Both the position numbers and the translations under genes were made by a program. 64,000 bases of DNA from Octopus vulgaris (Eukaryota): positions 82,026,001 to 82,090,000 of the forward strand of contig OX597818.1 of the NCBI GenBank assembly GCA_951406725.2. The letters run 5' to 3'. Below are positions 13,260-26,535 of this stretch, in pieces (positions within the stretch are counted from its first letter, which is position 1; every line of letters begins with the position of its first letter). A model generated the notes under the pieces. That model did not search any database. It had not been told where the DNA came from and saw only the letters and a program-made list of their open reading frames with translations.

Positions 13260-13770
13260 ACTTTAGTCTCGGTCACAAAGAACATCTAAGCACCCCGTGC
13301 TCTCACCCACTGGAATGACCGCTGCCTGACCCATTAAAATCTTCAACGCACCCACCACCCGTTTTCAACATACATTGATAAACAGTTTGGCCATGGGCTC
13401 TTAGGAGCCTCGTTCGATTTGTTTTGCTCCGCCTCTGTTCTGTTTTTGTTCTTTCCAACGGATTTCCTATTTCTTCCTGAAGAGAAAGACACAATATGGT
13501 TTCCTTATTCAATCGGAATTTGGTAAATTGTGCCTTTCGAAACACGTGTAGAATGCAATAAAACGATTTCTGTTCAATCTTCGTTCAACTCCATTTCTTC
13601 AATTCACTAATAATATTAAAATTCAATTATCCGCACCAACGCACGGTTGCAACACCATAGGGTTGTACCTCCAACCGTGCTGTCTTCTGCTGTGATTTTT
13701 GCTACCAAGGTATCGGTTAAACATTTGATTAATCTGCAACAAGATTATTCATCTTTCTATTTCACAAAAT
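13260..13770 (+). mobile_element. pLTR-like segment inverted relative to the Naiad EN, ending in (TA)n
   Basis: Contains a plus-strand hammerhead and abuts the 5'-truncated minus-strand EN, the same geometry as the inverted 5' end of PLE2. Confidence 0.55.
13474..13553 (+). ncRNA. Hammerhead ribozyme motif with extended stem II
   Basis: TTC-CTGAAGA-GAAAGaCACAAT...ATTGTGcCTTTC-GAAA-CACGTG-TA-GAA. Confidence 0.78.
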
Positions 13771-13796
13771 ATATATATATATATATATATATATGA

Positions 13797-13829
<33 letters not shown>

Positions 13830-14379
13830 AATACATGTATATATATATGCCACAAACATGCATACGCACGTCTACCATTGTCTTTCTCTATACACATCCT
13901 TTCCCACTTTCTTATCCATCCTTCCAGCATGAGAATAGTATTGTTGAATTGTTGCATATACAATTGAAACGAGGGTTTCGTATTTAGCGCAGAAAATTCC
14001 AATTCATTCGTGTGAATCATTAATTTTTGATTGATGGTATAATGTTGATTTTTCGTCATTGAAACCTTGTGAAAATTGTTTCTATTGTTATTGTTACTGG
14101 TGATGTTGTTCTCGTTACAATTATTGTTTATATTACTTGTGTCATCTTCCTCTTTATTGTTGTTATATTCATGCTCTAAGGAAATGTCTCTTTATGCTTC
14201 GTGTCCGCAACGCTATTACAATATTCTCATACATTTATTAGTTGTACTGTTTAACTTTCCAGATTGTATTAATAGATTGTCCTCTTTCACCAAATGTTTT
14301 GGCTTTAAGCCAAAAGTTGAGAAACCATTATCTTTATTGATTATGCTTTGATAAAATACTCCAACTATTTTCTTAAAAA

Positions 14380-14810
14380 TATAGTTACACCTTGAAAAAC
14401 ATGTATAAAAACTTAAAAAGTACAAATGGTATGAGAAAATTCAGTAAAAATAATTACATTTCCTTGTATTACTATTTTTCTTGAAAGTATCTATGTCTTT
14501 AATTATACATAATTTTTCACTATGTTTAAAGAAATGAATGTATACTGTTCGTACTGTGCCAACATTCGTGATGTATGCTTCTTGGTATCAAAATTCTTGT
14601 GTTGTAAGGGATGTCATTTTTAGTAAATGATCTACGTTTTTCCATTTACAGATCGTAGAACTGTTACATTCCAATCAAAAATCACAAAGACATGTAATGT
14701 TTTATTCTTGGCTTTTCTAAACAGGTTCATATTCGCATTGAGTATTCTTGTGAGGGAAGATTTATTTCCAAACTGATTTTACAGCTTGTCATATTATCAT
14801 TTTTCATTCT
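14380..14810 (-). pseudogene. Heavily decayed Naiad-like GIY-YIG remnant
   Basis: Minus translation fragments SLTRILNAN...TCLCDF*LECNSSTICKWKNV...Y...VGTVRTVYIHFFKH resemble the CxC..C..C linker and the EN N-terminus. Contains stops and frameshifts. Confidence 0.4.
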
Positions 14811-14850
14811 CGTTTGAACGCCAACCACACTAAATTAGTAATTTAGTGAG

Positions 14851-14913
<63 letters not shown>

Positions 14914-14917
<4 letters not shown>

Positions 14918-15243
14918 GTAAATATATGGCACAACGAAGTACCGATATTTACTGGAAAGAGCGAACGTAATAATACGACGCTAATGTATAGCTTCACCGC
15001 GTATGTGCTAGCAAAGATGCGTGTGTGCAACAAACTAGAAAAAAATTGTCTTACCTCCAGGGAGAACATCTGAAAGATAAAATACCTGGAAAAGGATAAT
15101 GTGGTAAGACAATTTTCTCTAGTTTGTTGCACACACGCATTTTTGCTAGTACATACGCGGTGAAGCTATACATTAGCGTCGTATTATTACGTTCGCTATT
15201 TCCAGTAAATATCGGTACTTCGTTGTACCATATATTTACTTCT
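14914..15243. repeat. Inverted repeat element (~140 bp arms, ~47 bp spacer) within (TA)n
   Basis: 14914-15055 versus 15103-15243 in reverse complement, with a few mismatches. Confidence 0.85.
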
Positions 15244-15307
15244 TTGTATATTTCTCCCTCACGGGCTATTCTTTACTGGAAAGCAATACTCTAGTATTGC
15301 ATTACTA

Positions 15308-15367
<60 letters not shown>

Positions 15368-15471
15368 CGGAGTAAACACATAAATGTGAAACAAGGTGGA
15401 AAAAAAGAGTACTCAAATACCAGTGGTAGAGTAATATGCTTTATTTTAAGCAGCAGAAAATTCAACAAAAT

Positions 15472-15509
15472 CTGTTACTCTGAGTTTCTCGTTGCCGTTC
15501 ATCAGACAG
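15472..15509 (-). ncRNA. Minimal hammerhead ribozyme, canonical core
   Basis: CTGT-CTGATGA-aCGgcaaCGa-GAAA-CTCaGAG-TA-ACAG, inside a short (TA)n-flanked element (about 15366-15640). Confidence 0.85.
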
Positions 15510-15704
15510 TTTTTGCTAGAATGGAACTTATATATTAATTCAATCTATACTCTTACACACGCTACACCTGAATATAACAACAATAAAGAGGAAGATGACA
15601 CAAGTAATATAAACAATAATGGTAACGAGAACAACATCACCATATGTATACATACATATATAAATATATATATGTATGTATATATATATATATGTATATG
15701 TATA

Positions 15705-15776
<72 letters not shown>

Positions 15777-15784
15777 TATATATG

Positions 15785-15815
<31 letters not shown>

Positions 15816-15832
15816 TTGTATGTATATATATG

Positions 15833-15901
<69 letters not shown>

Positions 15902-15938
15902 TTACACACACACACACTCATATATATATATATATATA

Positions 15939-15970
<32 letters not shown>

Positions 15971-16689
15971 GTAGGGAGCAGTGTGTTACACTGACCAATT
16001 GCTTGACTATTTCTTACGAAAATTATTTTCGTTTACATAATCCTTTCATCTACAGGCATTGTGCCTCTGATATTTAGCTGGAAGCAGCTAGTCGACTCCA
16101 GCGCTCAACCGGTACTTATTCTATCGTTCTCGAAAGGACGAAAGCCGGTGATGACCTTAGCTGATTTCCAGCTCAGCATTTAATGAGAGACGAAATTCCA
16201 CAAAACACATCGCCCGGCGTGCTAACGACACCTACAGCAGCGCAAACTTTTCCCCATTTAATAATAAGCACCTATACATAACTTCAATGACGGATGCTTT
16301 ATTGCAAATGCATTAAATATAGATGCGTAAGCGCAGAGTGCATGCTGTGAAAACAGCAGTTACACGCAACGAAGATGCTGTCATGTAAGGTTTTTTCCCC
16401 TCGTCTGATATATAGTTAAGCAAATGTTAAAGTAATAAAGCTACATTGCTGAGTAACATTTAATTTAATGTATTGAAGTGTTTGATGACTTTATTACAAA
16501 TGACATACGAAATATTCCTGGTACCAGTAGGGAATATAATATCAACAATTTGAATAATATGTATAATCTGGTATATATATATATATATCTATATATATAT
16601 ATATATAATCTGGTATATATATATATATATATATATATAATCTGGTATATATATATATATATATATATATAATCTGGTATATATATATA

Positions 16690-16970
16690 TCTAAAGTAGG
16701 ATAAAATTATTTTCCCAAAAAAATTTATGAATGGCCAGCATATTAAATAATACCTTTAAAGGTTAAATTTATAAACAATTCCTAAATAAGGGCAAACGAA
16801 AAAATTTCTAATGCCAAATATGCCAAAAAATTGGACATATTGTCCATTAACCATTAATTTTTTCACAATCCGTACGTAACTCGAAAAAAGGTCGACAGAA
16901 ATATCTAAAAAATTCCATTATTACCATATCGGACCGATTTCAGGGTTAGTTTATAACAGGTCTAGGAATT
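16690..16970 (-). mobile_element. Truncated pLTR-like remnant (only the GAAA-TCGG-TC half of a hammerhead)
   Basis: Shares the subterminal GGCCAGCAT..ACCTTTAAAGGT motif with the 44.4 kb element. Minus-strand GAAATCGGTC lies at about 16932-16941. Flanked by (TA)n. Confidence 0.5.
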
Positions 16971-16989
16971 ATATATATATACATATATA

Positions 16990-17175
16990 GTAAATACCAA
17001 AAAAGAACAACCAATAAGAACAACAACGGGAGGACGTAATATATTAGCAGACGCTCAGGAAAGGAAAGAAATATGATTTAACGTTTCGAGTTGACGCTCT
17101 ATTTCGGAAACAGAGGAAAGTCCAAAAGAAAGGAAGACGAAGAAAGAAAGTTGCCAACGATTCACATGTGGTTAC

Positions 17176-17178
<3 letters not shown>
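16990..17178 (-). mobile_element. Short hammerhead-bearing element, family A (degenerate copy)
   Basis: Similar to 41866-42072 and 56335-56511. The core has decayed to CCGAAATA-GAGC..ACTC-GAAA-CG-TT. Confidence 0.65.
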
Positions 17179-17208
<30 letters not shown>

Positions 17209-17497
17209 TATATATATATACACATATATATGTACATACATGTGTATACATATATAAATATATATATTCATATACAAATGTGTTTTTATAGCTGGCGAAC
17301 CCATGAGCAAAGTAACTCAACTAACAATATATCTTAACAGTTACCCTACTCAGTTTGGTTCATGCCTCTTATCCTTAAACTTAACCACTACAGGGTAGTT
17401 ACACTAAACAGAAAATTATTGCTTGCAGGAAATGATGAGGCAGTGCATTGAAAGTTTGAAATTATATACACAAATACACAAACACACAGCCACACAC

Positions 17498-17546
<49 letters not shown>

Positions 17547-19372
17547 TGTTCTAATTGTAGAAGGGTGATTATCACTATAAATACAATAAAGTTTTCCTTA
17601 ATGATACGTCGTGGTTTCGTGTCCAACCACGCTTGGGACGACATCCCATGGAAACTTCCAAGTAACTACAGTAGTGAAACGTACGTAGGAAAAAATGACA
17701 TCAACTTTCTTCACGAAACAAAGATTTAGCTTCAAGAAAACAAAGAAAAACATCCATATCTTCTACAAAACATCTTGAGCACTTCCTTCTCATTCGTTTG
17801 CCATAAAGAAACGAGTGTATATGTATCACTCACTCAATCAATCAATCAATCTATCTCTATGTCTGTCTGTCTGTCTATCTATCTATTTATATATCTATCT
17901 ATCTATCTAAATGTGTCTAAATGTAAGTCTATCTATTATTTTGATATAAATGACACCTGTATATATATGTATGTGTCTATATGCATGCAGACATACATAG
18001 ATTTAGATACACACACACACATACCTTATATACATACGTACATACACACACGCATATATGTGTGTATATGTATACATGTATATTTGCACTCGCACATATT
18101 GTGAGTTTGCAAGAGTGCATGTACTCAGATATATTTATATAATTATTGCACTCATTGATTGATGTTGAGTTTATATATATGTTTTCTCTTGTAATTCGGC
18201 GTGTTGCAGAATGAACTGTGAAACCTGTATTAATCTGTACACTGTATGCATGTTATATTTAGCACAGCGTAGTAGAACATAACAACATAGCAAGACAAGG
18301 CATAGAGCATACAGAACCGAAGAAGTTCGGTTTTGATTAAAATGTCAAGGTGAAACCTTTTCAATCCTTGCAATACATTTTAATTTTGTGAGATTTCCCA
18401 AATATCATTGTTGTATGTGTTCATAGGGCACAATATGTACGTACATAAATCTCAAGACGTTTCTTACAATATCATGGCTACCAGGATGGTTGCCCAAGTG
18501 GCACTGAAACGAAGTTCAATAATAGAAACAAATGGATTTCTAGTGAAACTCTAGGGACATTTCTTTCACGAAAATTCGATATAAACCAAAAAAAATGTTG
18601 ACCTTTGCCAATATGGAAAAAGGAGAAAGGCGGTAACTTATTGATCCTAGCTAGGCCAGCTTCCAACACTTTGGAAAATCCGTCATACATACTTCACTCA
18701 GTATTCACCCCAAACGCCCGAATGAATGTTAAGCCATATTGTGCAAAATATTATTTATCATGTCAACTTCTGTGATGCTGGAATGTTGCCAGGACAACAG
18801 GTATATAAAGGTATATCTTTTGTGTGTGCACATATGAGTAGAGTAGGAAGGTAAGATTATTGTAATGTATGCATACAAACAAGTGCACGCGTACACACAC
18901 ACACACAAACACACACAAACACACACTCACATGTATATACATACATATATATAAGTACATACTTACTCCCATATATATATACGTACATACATCTGTATGT
19001 TGTGCGCATCTAGGTTTTATAATGCATATGCCTAAATATGTGGTAATCTTAACATACGTCAGTGTGTGTGTGTGTGTATGTATACACACACACACACATA
19101 CACACATATATATATATACAGACACATATATATACACACACACATTTATATATAGGCACAGGATTGGCTGTGTGGTAAGCATCTTGCTTTCGAACCACAT
19201 GGTTCCGCGCGTGCGCGCATATGTGTACACAGATTTTAGCGTTTACGTGCTGTATACTGGTTGCGTATGAAACACATGTGAGAATTTCCTTAATTATGAA
19301 TGTGGTTAAATGTGAAAGTAGAACGGATTATTTAAGGAGATTCCTTATTTACAAAGTCTAAGATTTTTTGGA

Positions 19373-19467
19373 TAGGCGCAAACGTGGCTGTGTCGAAGGA
19401 GCGTGCTTCCTAACAACACGATTTGGGGGTTCAGTTCCACTGCGTGGCATTTTCGGCGATACCTGTC

Positions 19468-19505
<38 letters not shown>

Positions 19506-19712
19506 TTGTGCGTCTCTGTTTGTTCTCCACCATTGTTTGACAACCGATGCTGGCGTGTGTTTACGTCCCCGTAACTTAGCGGTTCGGCATAAGTTACTGA
19601 TAAAACAAGTGCTAGGCTTACAAAGAATAAGTCGATTACTCCGATAAAATATGATGCTCCAGCATAGCCACAGTCAAGTGACTGAAACAAGTAACAAAAA
19701 TAAAAGAAATAA
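19373..19712 (+). mobile_element. tRNA-derived SINE (octopus-type family 1), interrupted by (TA)n
   Basis: GTGGCTGTGT... A-box-like and GGTTCAGTTCCACTGCGTGGCA B-box-like head, with a tail ending in ATAAAAG. A related head lies at 19155-19207. Confidence 0.65.
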
Positions 19713-19907
19713 AAGCAACCCCCACCCCACATACACACACAAACACAGAAACAGACATACTTATTTTCATCTTCGCATTAGTGTTATTAAGTATATTAGC
19801 CAGAGTTCTGTCGGCACATAATGTGTGATCTCTTCAACGATTATCTGTTCTCCGTGTCTCCTCGTTTCTCTAGCCTTGTCCTGTCTACTCCACCTTGCCT
19901 TTCTGTG

Positions 19908-20036
<129 letters not shown>

Positions 20037-20114
20037 TGCAGCGTGGAAGGTGTTTATAAACCATTTAAAAACACACAAAAAACGTTGAATTCACTTCAAC
20101 ATTTAAATTTAATT

Positions 20115-20161
20115 TGTCAAAATATTTTCGTCGCTTTGGAACCGCGACCTGTTCACTGACA
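20115..20161 (-). ncRNA. Hammerhead motif, G3-C8 core variant
   Basis: TGTCA-GTGAACA-gGTCGCggttccaaaGCGAC-GAAA-ATAT-TT-TGACA. Confidence 0.72.
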
Positions 20162-20166
20162 GAATT

Positions 20167-20215
20167 TTGTCGGTGAACAGGTCGCGGTTTCAAAGCGACG
20201 AAAATATTTTGACAA
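20167..20215 (+). ncRNA. Hammerhead motif, G3-C8 core variant (second arm)
   Basis: TTGTCG-GTGAACA-gGTCGCggtttcaaaGCGAC-GAAA-ATAT-TT-TGACAA. Confidence 0.72.
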
Positions 20216-20354
20216 ATTAAATTTAAATGTTGAAGTGAATTTAACGTTCTTTGTGTGTTTTTATATGGTTTATAAAGATCTTCCACGCTGTAATTATTTT
20301 TGCTTCAGCACACGATCCTAGATCAGGTCACTTGCTATGTAAGTACAAGTCTGT

Positions 20355-20416
<62 letters not shown>

Positions 20417-20419
<3 letters not shown>

Positions 20420-23400
20420 ATATAAACGGCAGTTTGTCTGTGCGTGCTTCTGTGTGTCTGTTTTCTCGTACCCTCACCCTGACCACGGCTTTCAACCGAT
20501 TCTGATGAAACTTGACACACACATAGCCCAATGTCATAATTCAAAACTAACGCAGCGAAAATTTTGAAAAGTTCCCCCAGTTCTGAAAAAAATTGATAAA
20601 TTCGACATGGGGTCGAGAACCATAAACACGAACCACAGACTGTCTAGGGGACGCAACTCGAGAATCTAAGCTTTTTTTATGCAACGCATTATCTATGGTA
20701 GTTTTCACAACTTGCAATCGATTTTCACCAAACTCATGGTGAAGCTTAATGTTACCCTAAGAAACTCAATTCTGACGTTAGTTTTCCATGCAATACCTTA
20801 CCATCAGAAACAATCGATAAAATCATGCCATTTTGGGAAATCGCGTTCAAATTCAAGATGACATATTTTCGACAATATCTTTCACAAATTGGCAGGAATC
20901 TTTTTTTTTTCACAACGAGCATCATGTCTGCTCCAAGGACCTATATAGCCCTTTTTATTCCAATAGGATACATTATTGGAAAAAATCGGTTAATTTAATC
21001 ATATGTGGCACACATAGTAAACAAATTTGTGTATTAAACACAAACCAGACTGTCTAGGGGACGCAACTTGACCTTTTTAGCTATCGATAATTCGATCCAA
21101 CCAATTCCTACCAGGAAGAAATTACATTCGAGACTTTACCCCCAACACCGCCACTTCTGCTAATAGCTGCTGCAGCCGCAAGTTATTCGAATACTTTTTT
21201 TGTTTAAACTTTCTTTATAACTACCACCCCAAACGTTTTACCTTCAATTTTTGACGTACCCTAACGGTCCTCAGACGCTACTTGCAAACTCTTGGTTTAT
21301 TATAAACCACTTTTGTCGTGTGCATCAAAAAATTTTTCCTTTCGTTTGTTCAGTTTGATCACTTTTGACTTTTTCGTTGTTGTCACTCACATTGCTGCCA
21401 GCTTTTTGGCCGTTTTTGTACATTTTTATACATTTTCGGATACTTACCCCACGAGCTCCTTTTTATTACACCTTTACCAAACACATTGCTATCCACCAAA
21501 ATACTTACCCCACGTGTTCCTTTTTATTATACCTTTGCCAAACACATTGCTATCCACCAAAATGCCACCCAAGAAGAGAAGGACCCTCCTCAGCCCTCGG
21601 ACGGCCAAGGCATCGGCTGCTAGGGCTAGAAGGGCACGCGAGACCCACGAGGAAACCGCCTTGCGCCTCTCGCAAACAGCTTCCCGTTATGCCGCTGCTC
21701 AGGCATCTGAAACTACTAGCGACCGTTCTACCCGACTTGCAAGGGTCGCAGCGTACAGATCTTCCCTCCGCTCGAGGTTGACGAAAGAGCAACAGTCCAG
21801 CCAAAACATGCGGGCTTCTTACTGTGCTTCCATCCGCAGAGCTCGCGAGAACCCCGAACAAAGGGCCATTCGGAATGCGGCTAACGCCACTAGCACCGCC
21901 AGGACACGATCTGTCGAAACCTCACAGCAGAGGAGAACTCGCCAAGATGCTGACGCCGCAAACAAAGCCATGGCCAAAGCTGCCGAAACACCTCAGCAGA
22001 GGAGAGCTCGCCAAGCTGCTAACGCCGCAAACACAGCCAGGGCTCGATCTGCCGAAACTCCACACCAACGGACTATTCGGACATCCAGACATGCCATTAA
22101 CACTGCTTCTGCTGGGGCTTCAGAGGGTGCTGAGGCGAGAGCTGAAAGGCTTTCAAGGGATGCCACTGCTACCGCTGTCGCACGTGCATCTGAATCTGCT
22201 GAGGCACGGTGCACTCGACTTGAGAGTATCAACAAACGTCGGGATATCATTCGTGGTGTACGTACCCCTGCCCCCGCTTTCTGGTTGTCACTAGCATTCA
22301 ACTACGACGCCACAATTAACTTCTCCTTGCGTGACGACATCAAGATAGGGTCAATGACAATTGTATGCCAGTTTTGCAAAGCCAAGAAATGGCCCGGAGA
22401 GCCACCTGGTTTGTGCTGCTCTGGTGGCAAAGTGGACCTGCCACCCCTACGGGAACCACCTCAACCACTGAAGGATCTCGCGGCGGGTTTAACCCCCGAT
22501 TCGTCACAATTCCTTGAAATAATTCGAAAGTACAACTGCTCATTCCAAATGACCTCTTTCGGGGCCAAAATTCCTCCCAGAGAAGGCTGGATGCCTACTT
22601 TCAAAGTGCAGGGACAGGTCTACCATCTTATCGGGTCACTTCTGCCAGACGAGATTCAGCAGTCTTCTTTCCTCCAAATATACTTCATTGCCGACTACAA
22701 CCACCAGGTTGATGCACGCCTTGGAATAATACCGGGTACAAGCTATGTTCCCCGCAAAGACATTCTTCTCCGTCTCCAAACCATGCTTCATGATATCAAC
22801 AGCTACGTCTGCAGCTTCAGATATGCCTTGGACAGTGCTCCATCTCCAAACTTCACCGTTGTCATTGATGCTGATAAACGACCCCACGGGGAGCACGAAC
22901 GCCGTTTCAACGCACCTGCGTGCAACGAAATTGCCGCAGTCATACACGGAGAGCAACACAACAGCCGTGACATAATCATCTCCTCCCGTGGTAACAACCT
23001 ACACAGGATCAGCGAGACTCACAGATCTTATGACGCGCTTCAGTATCCATTGCTTTTCCCTTATGGGGAAGACGGCTACCACTTCGGAATTCCTTTACGG
23101 CAGCCCTCCAATCAAACTACTGCGGCATCAAAGACGGTTTCCTGCAGGGCGTTCTACTCATACCGGTTCATGGTCAGGGAGGGTGAGTTCAACTTATTGC
23201 CCCGTTGTCGTCAGCTATTCAACCAGTTCGCCGTCGACATGGCCGCAAAAATGGAATCGGAAAGGCTGCTATACATTAAACTTAATCAGACCAAACTTCG
23301 CTCCGACTCCTACATTAATCTCCGTGACGGTTTGCAACAAGAAAATGACCCTCGCAACATCGGCAAGCCATGCATTCTACCCTCCACCTTCACGGGAGGA

Positions 23401-26400
23401 CCGCGATATATGCGTGAAAGGACCCAAGACGCCTTGACCTACGTGCGCATTTACGGCCGGCCGGACCTCTTTATCACCTACACGTGCAATCCCAGCTGCG
23501 ACGAAATCACTCGCGAACTCCTCCCGGGTCAATCTCACACCCATCGACACGACATCGTTGCTAGGGTTTTCGTCTGAATTTGGGCAAAATGAAGGATTTG
23601 ATAGTTAAGGGTCAGATTTTCGGGCTTGTCAGGTGCCACATGTTTTCGGTCGAGTGGAAAAAGAGGGGCTTGCCACATGCTCACATCTTAATTTGGCTCA
23701 CTCATAAAATCGAGACTAATGACATTGACAAATTCATTTCCGCCGAGATTCCTGACCCCGATGAGGACCCCGGACTCTACGAAATTGTCCGCACTACCAT
23801 GGTACACGGGCCCTGTGGACCAAATTACGCCAACACACCATGCTACAAAAACGGATTAGCCTGCTCAAAGGGATTCCCTAAACGGTTCACTTTGGAGACT
23901 CAAACAGGCGGCGATGGGTATCCGCTGTACAAACGAAGGAGTCCAGCTAATGGAGGCCGCACGATTACGGTTGGGCGACATCAAGTGGACAACAGCTACA
24001 TTGTCCCCTACTGTCCTCTCCTGTCGAAGATATTCAAAGCCCACGTCAACGTTGAGTTCTGCAGCTCCATCAGGTCAATACAATATGTCTGCAAATATAT
24101 CAACAAAGGCAGCGATGCTGCCATGTTCAGCATCCAGAGGACCACCAGTCGCGACGAAGTGTCCAACTACTTGGCTGGCCGGTACCTCAGCAGCAACGAA
24201 GCGTTTTTGCGCATTTACGGCTTCCCGCTCCATCAGAGACACCCGGCTGTGGTGCAGCTTGCTGTACACTTGGAAAATGGACAGCGGATTTACTTCACAG
24301 AGCAAAGTGCTGTGCAGATAGCCACCAGCCCTAAAGACACAACGTTGACTGGTTTCTTCAAATTATGCCAACGTGATGACTTCGCTCGAACGCTTTTGTA
24401 CCCACAGGTCCCATCGTACTTCGTGTGGTCTAAAAACACCTGGGTTCGACGGAAATCCGGCAAAAACGTCGAAAGCTTCCCAGGCGTCAAGTTTGACTCC
24501 TGCCTGGGTCGAGTTTACAACATCCCGCCAAACCAGCAAGAATGCTTCTACCTCCGTCTCCTTCTACATGAGGTCACTGGTCCAACAGGTTTCGCCAATA
24601 TACGTACCGTCAATGGGGTTCTGTGCGACACCTTCAGGGAAGCATGTATGAGACTTGGCCTTCTAGAGGATGACTCCCAGTGGGACGCCACGATGGCAGA
24701 GGGTGCTTTACTGCAAACGCATTCGGCCCTACGACATCTTTTCGCAATCCTTCTTCAAAAATGTCAGCTTAGTGATCCACTAAGTCTCTGGATGAAATAC
24801 AGGGATGACATGTCGCGCGACTTCTTACGTACGGCTCAGCAACACTGCCCTTCCGCCGAGATCACGTTCACCAACTTCATTTACAATTTTGCGCTCATTC
24901 AACTCGAAGACGCTGTCATCGATATGGGTGGGTCTGCTTTAACAGAGTACGGCCTTCCACCACCCACACGTGAACACGCCAATGTTATGTCTGCTGAATT
25001 GTTACGCGAAACTTCCTACTGCATTGAGGAACTGCACCAGTACGTCCAAGATAATGAACCACGGCTGCTTCCAGACCAGCGCATAGCCTACAACACCATC
25101 GTAGACTCTGTCAGACAGCAACGAGGGGGGATTTTCTTCCTTGATGCACCCGGCGGCACTGGCAAAACCTTCGTCACTAAACTAATTCTGGCAGAGGTCA
25201 GACGCAACACGGACATTGCCCTGGCTGTAGCTTCCTCTGGTATCGCGGCCACGTTGCTTCCGGGTGGCAGAACCGCCCACTCTGCCTTCAGACTCCCGCT
25301 CGATCTGGCAAAGTCCGAGTCACCTATCTGCAACATCGCCAAGAACTCAGAACAGGCCGACATTCTGCGCAGATGCAAACTCATCGTATGGGACGAGTGC
25401 ACTATGGCACTAAAAGGCGCCCTTGAGGCACTGGACCGGTCCCTGCAAGACATCAGAGACTCTACGGCCCCCATGGGAGGATTAACTTTACTTCTTTCAG
25501 GAGACTTCAGGCAGACTCTACCTGTTATTCCAAAAGGAACCCGTGCCGATGCCGTGCGCGCGTGCCTTAAGTCGTCAGCTCTTTGGGCACATGTGCGGCC
25601 CTTGCACCTCCAAACTAACATGCGCACGCAGTTAATTGGTGACAGCGGATCCGCTGCATTCTCCAGGGACCTCTTATCGCTCAGTGAAAATAGGATGCTG
25701 TCTGATGCGGATGGCTACGTTCAATTGGACTCACTTTGCACCATTGTCGACACCCCTGCTAGCCTCCGGGACGCTGTCTTCCACGACCTACAAAACAATT
25801 TACGCGACCTAAAATGGCTGGCAGGCAGAGCTATTCTCGCACCCAAAAATACAACCGTCAACTCCATCAATATCCAGCTACTTGAAGCTATTCCTGGTGA
25901 TGTCCACGTCTACAAATCTATAGATAGGACAGCAGACCCCGCCCAGCTTGCCGATTATCCTGTTGAATTCCTGAATTCACTTGAACCGCCAGGCCTGCCA
26001 CCACACATCCTGAAGTTAAAAGTCGGTGCGCCCATTATGCTCATCAGGAATTTGGTTCCACCTAAACAGTGCAACGGCACACGTTTGGTTGTGAAACATT
26101 TGGCACCACATTTAATAACGGTCACAATACTTACCGGTTGTGGGAAGGGAGAGGACGTCTTCATTCCACGGATGCACCTTCAACCGTCTACTTCAGGCGT
26201 TCTCAGTTTCCTGTTAAACTCTGCTTCGCAATATCCATCAATAAATCCCAAGGCCAAACGCTACAAGTCGCTGGGTTACATTTGGGCGAACAGTGCTTCG
26301 CCCACGGTCAACTCTACGTGGGCTGTTCACGCGTTGGGAGGCGCAATGATGTTTTCATGTTTTCGCCCAAACGGACAGCTAGGAACATCGTATATACAGA

Positions 26401-26535
26401 AGTATTCCAGTGAAGACAAGACATTGCAACGTCCACATGCACCTTCGTTCCCTGGAGGGAAAGGACTACATTGGGATTAGTCGTTGCCTACTAGGGGCTC
26501 TTACATACCCGGGCAACGCCGGGCTATGCTGCTAG
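20417..26535 (+). mobile_element. Helitron, near full length, inserted in (TA)n
   Basis: 5' TC at 20417. 3' GC-rich hairpin CCCGGGCAACGCCGGG (26508-26523) followed by CTAG (26532-26535), between A and T. Internal RepHel gene. Confidence 0.92.
21562..26413 (+). pseudogene. Helitron RepHel (HUH/Y2 Rep + Pif1-like SF1 helicase), frameshifts near 23570 and 26190
   Basis: MPPKKRR start; ET..QR..R repeats; CQFC..CC zinc motif; PDLFITYTCNP, VEWKKRGLPHAH, YVCKYINKG; DAPGGTGKT, WDEC, GDFRQTLPV; QFPVKLCFAISINKSQGQT and HGQLYVGCSRV in the shifted frame. Confidence 0.95.

Noticed and set aside
13960-14025. Possible A3-U8 hammerhead on the minus strand (ATGATTC...GAAACCCTCGTT)
   Set aside because: A9 is missing and stems II and III are poor, so it is not counted.
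21292-21561. N-terminal 90 aa of the 761 aa ORF in the track
   Set aside because: It starts at TTG in AT-rich leader sequence. The plausible start is ATG 21562 (MPPKKRR).
26190-26480. C-terminus of the 966 aa ORF
   Set aside because: It is out-of-frame read-through. The last helicase motifs are in the 26069-26413 frame.
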